Positions 56,164 through 64,000 of a stretch of DNA of 64,000 bases are shown in pieces. The DNA lies in the NCBI GenBank assembly GCA_050250895.1, contig JBFWNU010000007.1, forward strand, positions 256,001-320,000, given 5' to 3'. A program made the translations under genes and the position numbers. Numbering within the stretch: the stretch's first letter is position 1; each line of letters opens with the position of its first letter. Under the pieces are notes generated by a model. It was not told the origin of the DNA, searched no databases, and saw nothing but the letters and a program-made list of their open reading frames with translations. The DNA is from Vulcanimicrobiota bacterium. GTDB taxonomy: Bacteria > Vulcanimicrobiota > Xenobia > Xenobiales > JADMJV01.

Positions 56164-56198
56164 AGAAGTCCTCCTGAAGGAGGACTTCTTTGCTTTTT
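56164..56198 (+). terminator. Rho-independent terminator
   Basis: AGAAGTCCTCC-TGAA-GGAGGACTTCT followed by TTGCTTTTT. Confidence 0.75.
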
Positions 56199-56846
56199 GT
56201 CCTAGCCGTGGGGGTGCTCATGACCCTGGCTGCGCCCTGTCCGCCCGACGCCGTTCCTGACGGCGTCGAGCTGTTGCTTGAGACCTCTTTTCGGCGGGCC
56301 GTCGAGCGTGCCCGGGGCGAGTTGCTCGTCTTCGTGAGCGAGGGGGCGGTGCTGTGTGAAGGCTGGCAAGAGGGGGTGCGCCACGCTCACCGGTTGGGCT
56401 GGGCGGGCGTCGGTCCCGCCGTGGGGGCTTCCCACCATACGTCGATGGCGGCCGCCTTCATGCGGCTTTGCTATGGCGCCTGGGCGGCCCCGGCCGCGCC
56501 CCAGCCCCACCCTCGTTTACCGCTCGGCTTATCGAGCTACAAGCTGGGGGCTCTGCGCGCTTTGCCCGCCGAAGCCCTCGAGGATGAAAAGCGGGCGCAG
56601 CGATGCTTGAGCGAGCAGGGGGTGAATCTCTTTACCGATACTCGGGTCGAGGTGACCGTGGCCAGCCCTCTCAGTCTGTCCGAATTCTGGCGGCGCCTGC
56701 AAGCCGCCGGTCGGGCAGGGCATGCCGCTCCCTGGCGCCCGACGCCGCCGCCCCTGCGGCAGTGGCCGTGGTTGGGGCTGGGCTGGGTGGCCCTGGGTCT
56801 GGGGGCGATCCAAAGAGTTTTCTTCAGGGCGTCGAACGAGCGTTAG
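56190..56846 (+). CDS. Hypothetical protein, degenerate GT2-like
   Basis: ARGELLVFVSE....EGW and AGVG segments recall the GT-A fold; start uncertain (56190, 56208 or 56220). Confidence 0.5.
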   Translation: MLFVLAVGVLMTLAAPCPPDAVPDGVELLLETSFRRAVERARGELLVFVSEGAVLCEGWQEGVRHAHRLGWAGVGPAVGASHHTSMAAAFMRLCYGAWAAPAAPQPHPRLPLGLSSYKLGALRALPAEALEDEKRAQRCLSEQGVNLFTDTRVEVTVASPLSLSEFWRRLQAAGRAGHAAPWRPTPPPLRQWPWLGLGWVALGLGAIQRVFFRASNER

Positions 56847-57934
56847 TGCAACTGTTGATCTGTGTCATCAACGAGACGGAGAAGTTGACGGAGTTCCTGG
56901 CCGGGCTGGCCGAATTGGGGGTTAGCGGCGGGACCATCATCGAGTCCCAGGGCATGCCCACCGTGTTGGCCACCAAGACGCCGGTCTCCCTGGCTTTTCG
57001 GCATTTGCTCTCAGGAGAGCAGCCCTACAACTACACTTTCATGTCGGTAGTCGAGGGAGGAGAACTGCTCCAGTTGGTGCTGGCTGCCATTCGAGCCGGC
57101 GAACTGCCGGGCACGGGCCCGGGCAGCAAAGGCATCGCCTTTCACTTGCCCGTCACCATCATGACGTCGCTCGGTCCCCAGGCTTCAAGTCGCGCCGGGC
57201 TACTGCAGAAACCCATGCTCGACGCCCTCGAGCAGTTGCAGCCGAGCGAGGTCGAATGGCTGGTCGAACTGGGCGATCGACTCGTGGCGAGTCAGCCTCT
57301 GAGGTCCGAAGCGAGGCGGGGGCTGCCTCGGCTGGCCTGTCGCTTCGTTCTCGAGGTGGTCGAGGAACAAGCCCGCGAATCGGTATCGCTCCTCGAGTTT
57401 GGCCTTGACGGGCTGACCCTGATGGCCGCGAAGTTTCGCCCTCCGGGTTGGCCAATGAGCCTGGCGGCTCCGGCCGAGTTGGCCGACTGTAAGCCCACCC
57501 CGTGCCTGGTCAAATCGTGCCATTCCAAGGACGGCAGTTACTTGCTCAGCGTGACCTTCGCTCCCGAGGTCGAGGCTCTGCGCGCAAGCTGGTCGGCCCG
57601 GCTTTTGAGCGCCTTTGGCTATCATGAAAGCCACTTGCCAAGGCGCCGTCAGCATCTTGCCTGGCCCAGTCCGGCCCGTCTTATCGAATTTGGCCAATCG
57701 GTCGGCCAGGCCGTGGATGTCCTGGACCTGGGGATGGGTGGTGCCTGGCTTAGCTGCGAGGCCTCTATCGAGGCCGCTCGCGAAGTCGTTCTTCGGCTCG
57801 ATGAGGAGCTGGACTATCCGGGAGTGCTGGTGGACGCGGCCCCCGGGCGGGTTCTCATGCGCTTTCATTCTCTGGGGCCGGCGGCTCATCTGGCGCTGGG
57901 CCAAAAACTTGTCGAATTGGCGCGGGGGGTCTGA
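56846..57934 (+). CDS. P-II-like domain fused to two PilZ-like domains
   Basis: LLICVIN..L..GVSGGTIIESQGM..GIAFHLPV; RRGLPRLAC..LLEFGLDG; RRRQH..VLDLGMGG. Confidence 0.72.
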   Translation: MQLLICVINETEKLTEFLAGLAELGVSGGTIIESQGMPTVLATKTPVSLAFRHLLSGEQPYNYTFMSVVEGGELLQLVLAAIRAGELPGTGPGSKGIAFHLPVTIMTSLGPQASSRAGLLQKPMLDALEQLQPSEVEWLVELGDRLVASQPLRSEARRGLPRLACRFVLEVVEEQARESVSLLEFGLDGLTLMAAKFRPPGWPMSLAAPAELADCKPTPCLVKSCHSKDGSYLLSVTFAPEVEALRASWSARLLSAFGYHESHLPRRRQHLAWPSPARLIEFGQSVGQAVDVLDLGMGGAWLSCEASIEAAREVVLRLDEELDYPGVLVDAAPGRVLMRFHSLGPAAHLALGQKLVELARGV

Positions 57935-59145
57935 TGCACGGCCCTCCCGTCAAAGCGGTCTTACTGGTCATCGGATTGATGCTGGTGGCCGCCGTGGGCT
58001 CTAGCAAAGCCCTGGGAGGCAGCCGCTTTCTTTCCGTTCGGCTACTGGCCCGCACGGGCATCTTGTTCTTGTTGCTGGGTGCTGTTATCGGTCCTAACGG
58101 CCTGAGGCTACTCGATCCAGACGTGCTCGAGCAACTGGGGCCGATCGTCGTGTTGGGGCTAGGCTGGATCGGTTTTCTCTATGGCATTCACCTGGAATAC
58201 CGCTGGCTGCGGCGCTTTGCCTCGGGTCTGTTCCTCACCGCCCTGGGAGAGTCGGCCTTCACCTTTTTGACTGTCCTGGTCGTGTTCTGGGCGCTTGGCC
58301 AGGGCGCCAACCTGCCCGCCCTGCTCATTCTGGCCTCGGCTGCCGCTGGCACGGCCCCGGCCGCCCTCTTCGTGCTGCGCTCGCAACTGCCCAGCCGAGG
58401 TCCGGCCTACGAATTGTTGCGGTTTTGCGCCTGTCTGGACGACCTGCCTGGTTTGCTGGCACTGGGTATCCTGTTTTCTTTCTCGCACGGTAAGGGCAAC
58501 GGACTGATGGCCGTGGGATGGTTCGTGCTGCAGGTCGGCGTGGGCGTGATCGGAGGGGTCCTCACTCATTGGTTGCACGAGTTGGTGGCCGGTCCCGAAG
58601 GGGGCGATCCGGGCGCCTTCAGTCTGGCCTTCTTCGGGGTGGTGGGTCTTACCTCGGGGTTTGCTTCCTACCTGGGCTTATCGCCTCTGTTCGTCAACGT
58701 AGTGTCCGGTATCACCTTCGCCAATGTCTCGTTTCACAGCGAGATGGTCTTCGCCGGCCTGGCCCGACGCGAGCACACGGTTTATGTAATCTTCCTGCTA
58801 TTGGCGGGATGTTACTGGCCTTTCAACGGCTTCACCGCCTTTGGGATGCTGGCGCTCTATATCGGAGCTCGACTGCTGGGCAAGGTCGCCGGTAGCTATC
58901 TGTGCGCCAACACTTTCTTGCGAGGGCCCCAGTTCAACATGATGAGTCGGGTGCCCCCTTACTTCGGTCTGGGTTTGCTGCCCCAGGGCGGATTGGCCAT
59001 CGCCATGGTCATGAGTTACCTGTGGGCGTTTCGCGGAACGGCTCAGGCCTGGGCCGTCAACGTAGTCCACCTCTCGGTGATTCTCAACGAGTTGGTGACT
59101 CCTTACCTGCTCTTTGTGATCTTGCGAGGGATCGACGAAGAATGA
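57934..59145 (+). CDS. Cation:proton antiporter (CPA2-like), subunit 1
   Basis: About 12 TM; LLLGAVIGP, GWIGFLYG, ACLDD, ARLLGK, PQGGLAI. Confidence 0.85.
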   Translation: MHGPPVKAVLLVIGLMLVAAVGSSKALGGSRFLSVRLLARTGILFLLLGAVIGPNGLRLLDPDVLEQLGPIVVLGLGWIGFLYGIHLEYRWLRRFASGLFLTALGESAFTFLTVLVVFWALGQGANLPALLILASAAAGTAPAALFVLRSQLPSRGPAYELLRFCACLDDLPGLLALGILFSFSHGKGNGLMAVGWFVLQVGVGVIGGVLTHWLHELVAGPEGGDPGAFSLAFFGVVGLTSGFASYLGLSPLFVNVVSGITFANVSFHSEMVFAGLARREHTVYVIFLLLAGCYWPFNGFTAFGMLALYIGARLLGKVAGSYLCANTFLRGPQFNMMSRVPPYFGLGLLPQGGLAIAMVMSYLWAFRGTAQAWAVNVVHLSVILNELVTPYLLFVILRGIDEE

Positions 59146-60485
59146 GGGCTGCCGTCTCGCTGTTGGTCACCCTCGGTCTGGTAGTGCTGGCCCGAATGCT
59201 GGTGGGAGGGCACCCGGGCCACCCGGCCGACGAGGCTGCTCTGTGTCTGGGGGTGGTCATGATCGCCTCGTTCTTGATCGGGTCGCGGCTTCCCCAATTC
59301 AATCTTCCGGCCATCACCGGCTATATGTTGACCGGGGTTCTACTCGGGCCTTCGCTGTTGGAGCACATCTTCGGCACGTTTCCTATTATCTCCGAGACGG
59401 GTTTGCGAGACCTGAGCCTCATCAACCACATTGCCCTGGGTTTGATCGCATTCACCGCCGGCGGCGAACTCAAGCTCTCGGAGATACGTCAGGGATGGCG
59501 CAGCCTGCTTTCGATCACGGTGGTCCAGTCGCTGGTGGTGTTGGTGGGGGTGGGCGGGTGTGTCTATTTGATGGGGCAGCGGTTGCCGGGCTTTGAATCG
59601 ATCACCGCCCAGGGCATGACCGTAGTGGCGGTCCTGCTGGGCTGCACGGCAGTGGCCAAGTCGCCCGCCACCACCATTGCCGTAATCAACGAATCTCGCT
59701 CGGCGGGACCCTTGACCCAGGTAGCCCTGGGCGTGACCGTGATCAAGGACATCCTGGTGATCGCTGTCTTCGCAGCCGCCTTCACCGTGGGGCGCTCCAT
59801 CATGGAGCCCGATCAGGGGTCGGGGGTCGAGGTGGTGCTCGAGATCGCCTGGGAGATTGCCGGCTCGCTGTTGTTGGGTGCGGTCCTGGGCTGGTTGTTG
59901 AGGGTCTTCATCGAGCGTTTTGGCGAAGAGTTGCCCCTGGTGCTGTTGGCGGCCGCCTTCCTGGCCGTCTACCTGGCCGAGCACATCCATCTACACGGCC
60001 TGATGATCTGCATGACGGCGGGGTTCGTGGTCGAGAACTTCTCGCCTCACGGAGAGGAGTTCATCGAGGCCGTCGAGCGCTACTCTTTGCCGGTCTACGT
60101 CGTCTTCTTCACGATGGCCGGGGCCCAGATGCGGCTGGACTCTTTGCTGGCGGTGGGATGGACGCCGGTCATCCTGGTCACTTTGCGGGTCTTCTTCACC
60201 TACGTCGGAACCTGGGCCGGTGCGCGTCTGGCCGGCGAGAGTCCCGTCATCTGCAACTATGCGGGTCTTGGCTTCCTGGGTCAGGCTGGCGTGACCCTGG
60301 GGTTTGCCGTGATTATCTCCCGAGGTTTTCACCACCTTGGCGGTTTGCTCAGCACGGTCATCGTGGCCGCAGTGGCCATCAATCAGATTATTGGCCCTAT
60401 CGCTTTTCGCTACGCTCTGGGGGTGGCCGGCGAGGTTGGGGCCCGTCAGGAACGACGAGTGACTCAAGACGATGAACCGTTCTAG
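59142..60485 (+). CDS. Cation:proton antiporter (CPA2-like), subunit 2
   Basis: LPAITGY..GVLLGP, IAFTAGGEL, SPATTIAVI, FFTMAGA, QAGVTLG, INQIIGP. Confidence 0.88.
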   Translation: MRAAVSLLVTLGLVVLARMLVGGHPGHPADEAALCLGVVMIASFLIGSRLPQFNLPAITGYMLTGVLLGPSLLEHIFGTFPIISETGLRDLSLINHIALGLIAFTAGGELKLSEIRQGWRSLLSITVVQSLVVLVGVGGCVYLMGQRLPGFESITAQGMTVVAVLLGCTAVAKSPATTIAVINESRSAGPLTQVALGVTVIKDILVIAVFAAAFTVGRSIMEPDQGSGVEVVLEIAWEIAGSLLLGAVLGWLLRVFIERFGEELPLVLLAAAFLAVYLAEHIHLHGLMICMTAGFVVENFSPHGEEFIEAVERYSLPVYVVFFTMAGAQMRLDSLLAVGWTPVILVTLRVFFTYVGTWAGARLAGESPVICNYAGLGFLGQAGVTLGFAVIISRGFHHLGGLLSTVIVAAVAINQIIGPIAFRYALGVAGEVGARQERRVTQDDEPF

Positions 60486-60526
60486 GGACTTGGGAAGGAG
60501 GGCTCTTTCGACTTTCCGAACCAATT

Positions 60527-62314
60527 TTGGATATGTTGAGCTCCTTCCAAAAATCAGAAGTCGAGCGAATTCTTGAACGGGCGGGGTATTCGGTAGCCGA
60601 TCTCAAGTGGTGCGGCATGACCGAGTTCCCTTATTACGAGCGAGAACTGGCTCCCAGTCGACTACCTCAAGATACGCAGGTGTGTTGGGACCCTGGCAGC
60701 GGATACTATTTCGCGTTCTATACCTCCGGGGTTGAATGGAGAGGTGTCTTTTCGCCGTCCAAGGCGTTCGTCCGAGCCAGCTATGTGGTCGACTCCTGGC
60801 ATTCGATTCCGGGCTTTCTCTACATCTGGGCCGAAGAGCTGGTGGAAGAGCTGCAAAGCGGACCAGTCTGGAAAGGCGCCACCGAGGCAAGCGCGGGGCG
60901 CAATCTGCTCAAACGCAGCCAGCTCAATGTGGTCGGCCAGGCGTTGCTCGAGGCGGGCATCGACCTGGCTGAGGTCGACTGTCGAACGACCGGTCCCGCG
61001 GTGTTGTTCGTGCACCGAGCCAGTGGTTTCCAGTTTACCCTGACCAGCCCGACCTGGACGAACTTTTCGGGAGAGTTCGCGCCCGGACCCGGCGAGCCGT
61101 TTTCTGACCTCAACTGGGTGAAGGTCATCTACAAAGCCCAGCAGTGGGGGCGGGCCTTGCGCGAAGAATTGGATCTGCGGGCCATGACCGCCGAAGAGCG
61201 TGCCGAGCGTGAGCGCCAGAAGCGCGAAGAAGAGGAACGCAAAGCGCGCGAAGAGGCCGAACGATTGGCCCGGGAAGAGGCCGAACGGCTCGAGCGTGAA
61301 CGCATCGAACGTGAGGAGGCCGAGCGGCTCGAACGCGAGCGGCTCGAGCGCGAAGAAGCCGAGCGACGCGAGCAAGAAGAAAATGACCGGCTCGAGCGTG
61401 CCGAGCGCGAGATCTGGGAGAACGGAGAGTGGACCGTTACCCTACTTGAACTCGAGAACGTTCGTGGCTTTTCCCGCAAGATTGTCGAATTTCCCACCCA
61501 ACCCCGTCGCCTGACCCTGGTGGCCGGGCCCAACGGAGGTGGCAAGACCACCGTGTTGATAGGGCTGGCTCTGGCCCTGGCCGATCCGGGCGAGGCCCTG
61601 ACCTTTCTTCAGTCGCCGGCTGCTTCGGGGATGGTGGGGGAGGAAGCCCCCACGGCCACTCTCCGCGCCACCCTGGTGGGCCCCGACGATCGGGTGGTGA
61701 TCGTCGAGACGGTGATCGGGGCTGGCAATCGTCTGCTCAAGAAAGACCCGGTGCCGTTCCTGCTGGTGGCCGGCTATGGGGCCGCCCGGGGGGGGCGGCG
61801 CAGCCAGCCAGCCTCCGGCTACTCTCGCCTTCGGGCCTGCGATTCGCTACTCGAGAACCAGCCGGGGCTCGAAGAGCCTGAACTGGTGCTGCGGCGGCTC
61901 CAAGCCAGGCTGGGCGATGAGTTTGATTCTTTTCTGGGCAACTTGACCGGGTTGCTTGAGTTGCCCTCAGGCACGAGCTTGAGGCTGCTCGAACAGGGCG
62001 GTCTGGTGATCGATACCTCGAGTTCGATGCTGGCCTGGTCGGCCTGGTCCAACGGCCTGCGTTCGACCTTCACCTGGATTTTGGACCTGGTCGGGCAGGG
62101 TCTGTCGGCCGGTCGTTTCGGCAGCGGACTTCACGGCCTGGCTCTGGTGGATGAGATCGAGCTTCATCTGCAAGCGACGCACCAGGCCCACATCCTGAAT
62201 GGATTGACTCGTCTGTTTCCGCGGGTGCAGTGGGTGGTGACCAGCTTGAGTTCGACCGTGTCTCGGGGCGCAGCCACGTCCGAGTTGGTCAATCTCGAAC
62301 TGGTAGAAGTCTAA
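60527..62314 (+). CDS. ABC-type AAA ATPase with duplicated N-terminal domain and E/R-rich linker
   Basis: LELENVRGF, GPNGGGKTT, GYGAAR, LVDEIELHL, FPRVQWVVT; start may be ATG 60533. Confidence 0.8.
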   Translation: MDMLSSFQKSEVERILERAGYSVADLKWCGMTEFPYYERELAPSRLPQDTQVCWDPGSGYYFAFYTSGVEWRGVFSPSKAFVRASYVVDSWHSIPGFLYIWAEELVEELQSGPVWKGATEASAGRNLLKRSQLNVVGQALLEAGIDLAEVDCRTTGPAVLFVHRASGFQFTLTSPTWTNFSGEFAPGPGEPFSDLNWVKVIYKAQQWGRALREELDLRAMTAEERAERERQKREEEERKAREEAERLAREEAERLERERIEREEAERLERERLEREEAERREQEENDRLERAEREIWENGEWTVTLLELENVRGFSRKIVEFPTQPRRLTLVAGPNGGGKTTVLIGLALALADPGEALTFLQSPAASGMVGEEAPTATLRATLVGPDDRVVIVETVIGAGNRLLKKDPVPFLLVAGYGAARGGRRSQPASGYSRLRACDSLLENQPGLEEPELVLRRLQARLGDEFDSFLGNLTGLLELPSGTSLRLLEQGGLVIDTSSSMLAWSAWSNGLRSTFTWILDLVGQGLSAGRFGSGLHGLALVDEIELHLQATHQAHILNGLTRLFPRVQWVVTSLSSTVSRGAATSELVNLELVEV

Positions 62315-63570
62315 ACCTTTTCCGGTCTGACTCCCAGGCGGGCATAGAGCTTATCCTGAAAGTCGTCCGAGCTAAAGACGCCCGGCAGTCCCAGAGGCCT
62401 GAACAGGCTGGCATGGCGGCGGGTGAGGGCGAGCATCTCCTCGCCTTCCTGGCGAAACTCTTCTAATCGGCGCTGGTATTGCTCGGTCTCGACCACTTGA
62501 AAATCGGTGAGGTCGAGGGTTTGTCCGTCGGCGGGAAACACCCCCACCAGCCCGGGCAGGCCGAGTTCTTGCTCGTTGAAGTTGAGCAGCACAGAGTCTT
62601 TGACGAAACCGATGAACGACGGCCCTTCGAGGTTGAGCGGCAGGGCAAAGGCTGCTTTTACCTCGATACGGTCAGAAAGCTTGGTCAGCGGGGTCGGACG
62701 GCGCCGACGCGACGAGAGCACTTCGCACAGGTAGCAACGAGTATCGCTGCCTTCGAGGTACTTCTGCTCGCCGAACCAGAGCGCCGGTTTCCAGATGTTG
62801 AGCCCGGTCTCGGTGACATCATAGGCGTGAGGATAAGGGCGACGGAAAGTCATCGGACCCGGTCCATCGCTGAGCAAGAAGCGTTCGGCCAGATGGCAGG
62901 CCTGGCTGTGGTGGGCAAACCAGGCCGCTTTGAAGGCGAAACGCTCATAGTCCCATGAGGCCTGCAGGTTGCGGCCATCCACCACCACCGGAATACGCGA
63001 GAACAGGCAACGCGAACTCAACAGCTTGAGGTAATCGGCGTTGCGGCCGGCGTTTTCCCAGAATCTCCAGCTGCGTCGATGGCGCAGATAGAATGTGCAT
63101 CGGACCTTGCCGTCGACAAAGGGGTGGTCGAAGTTCAGGGTATCGCTCTCGATGTTCTTGTCGGTGATGCGCAGGCGAAGCCCTTTTGACCCGTGACGAA
63201 CCAGCCAGCAGACCTCCTGGGCTTCGACCGTCAAAGCTGCCGACACCGCCACCACCAGATGGCGCAGGGCTCCGTCTTCGAGCTTGTAGGGGTCGGTCAG
63301 GGCGTTGAGCAGTGGCTCGAAATCGATCATCTCGCGGTGCTCTCTCACCACGAACGTCACCAGCGTCTCCCACGGAGCCAGTCTCACCCGGACCGATCCC
63401 GAGTCGAGCCGGTCAGCGCACTGAACCAGCTTGAGCAGGTAGTATTCGGGGGCCGGAAGGCGATAGCGCTGCAGCTTGTCGCGGGCATCGATAAGATCGA
63501 GCGTGAAGTTGCCGCTCGAGTTGAAGTCCCCCCCCTGCAACTGCTCCTGAAGATAGTCCTCGAGCCGCAT
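62311..63570 (-). CDS. Hypothetical protein, paralogue of 47847-48977
   Basis: NSSGNFTLD..ARDKLQRYRLPAP..YLLKLVQCA N-terminus. Confidence 0.75.
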   Translation of the reverse strand: MRLEDYLQEQLQGGDFNSSGNFTLDLIDARDKLQRYRLPAPEYYLLKLVQCADRLDSGSVRVRLAPWETLVTFVVREHREMIDFEPLLNALTDPYKLEDGALRHLVVAVSAALTVEAQEVCWLVRHGSKGLRLRITDKNIESDTLNFDHPFVDGKVRCTFYLRHRRSWRFWENAGRNADYLKLLSSRCLFSRIPVVVDGRNLQASWDYERFAFKAAWFAHHSQACHLAERFLLSDGPGPMTFRRPYPHAYDVTETGLNIWKPALWFGEQKYLEGSDTRCYLCEVLSSRRRRPTPLTKLSDRIEVKAAFALPLNLEGPSFIGFVKDSVLLNFNEQELGLPGLVGVFPADGQTLDLTDFQVVETEQYQRRLEEFRQEGEEMLALTRRHASLFRPLGLPGVFSSDDFQDKLYARLGVRPEKV

Positions 63571-63605
63571 GGGGAGAAATTCCCGGCGGCTTCAAGGAAT
63601 CCTGG

Positions 63606-63998
63606 CTACCAGCCTTCGACTACCAGGTTTCGGGGGCGGATGGGTAGATCGGCCAGTTGGGTCAAGAAGTAGTCGAGTTCGCTGTTCTCGCAACAGAGAT
63701 AGAACGACGTGCTTTCTAGTTCGGGGAGGTGCTCGAGGATCGACTGTCCCGAGATTCTGGCCATGGGCCCTGGCCAACCGGCCTGCTCGCGCTCTTCGGC
63801 CAGGAAGAGATAGCGGCAAAATCCTGGCAGATAATAATCACGAAACTCCTGGTCAAAAGCCAGCTGATGCGGGTCGGTGACCTCGTGAAGCAGAGTAAAT
63901 CGCCGGGTCTTTCCGGTCAAGAGAAGCTCGAGAAACAGGCTGCGGGCGGCCACCACACTGTGGTCGCGGGCAATCACGCACAGGGAGCGGGAGTCGTC
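63606..63998 (-). CDS. FNR-like NAD-binding domain protein, C-terminal part; 5' truncated by window edge
   Basis: SLCVIARDHSVVAARS..LAFDQEF..FYLCC..VVEGW follows the FNR NAD-binding layout; frame open to the edge. Confidence 0.6.
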   Translation of the reverse strand, partial: DDSRSLCVIARDHSVVAARSLFLELLLTGKTRRFTLLHEVTDPHQLAFDQEFRDYYLPGFCRYLFLAEEREQAGWPGPMARISGQSILEHLPELESTSFYLCCENSELDYFLTQLADLPIRPRNLVVEGW

Positions 63999-64000
63999 GG

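Overview
GC-rich bacterial chromosomal segment with about 54 plausible CDSs and no recognisable rRNA, tRNA, CRISPR array, transposase or integrase. The gene mix (TrmK, CarD and ECF alongside TonB and alpha-2-macroglobulin/PbpC, plus many lineage-specific proteins) suggests a diderm Terrabacteria-type organism such as Ca. Eremiobacterota; this is inference only. Housekeeping content includes an LDH/MDH-family enzyme, gatB, MoeA-PBP, moaC, a fused aspartate kinase/DAP decarboxylase, UbiD, acyl-CoA dehydrogenase, signal peptidase I and a SMUG1-type uracil-DNA glycosylase. The most interesting items are: (1) an HNH nuclease gene whose 16-bp palindrome ACTTCCAGCTGGAAGT occurs both upstream of and inside the gene, next to a long non-coding region and bracketed by repeats; (2) a family of modular 'hairpin-ladder' intergenic repeats (5 copies); (3) a P-II-like/tandem-PilZ fusion translationally coupled to two different cation:proton antiporters; (4) an ECF S-T fusion; (5) a secreted LIM-like/DA1-like metallopeptidase near alpha-2-macroglobulin; (6) an orphan ABC/AAA ATPase with a degenerate H-loop, and two paralogues with a GHKL-like N-terminus. 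All product calls come from recognising motifs by eye; no searches were run.
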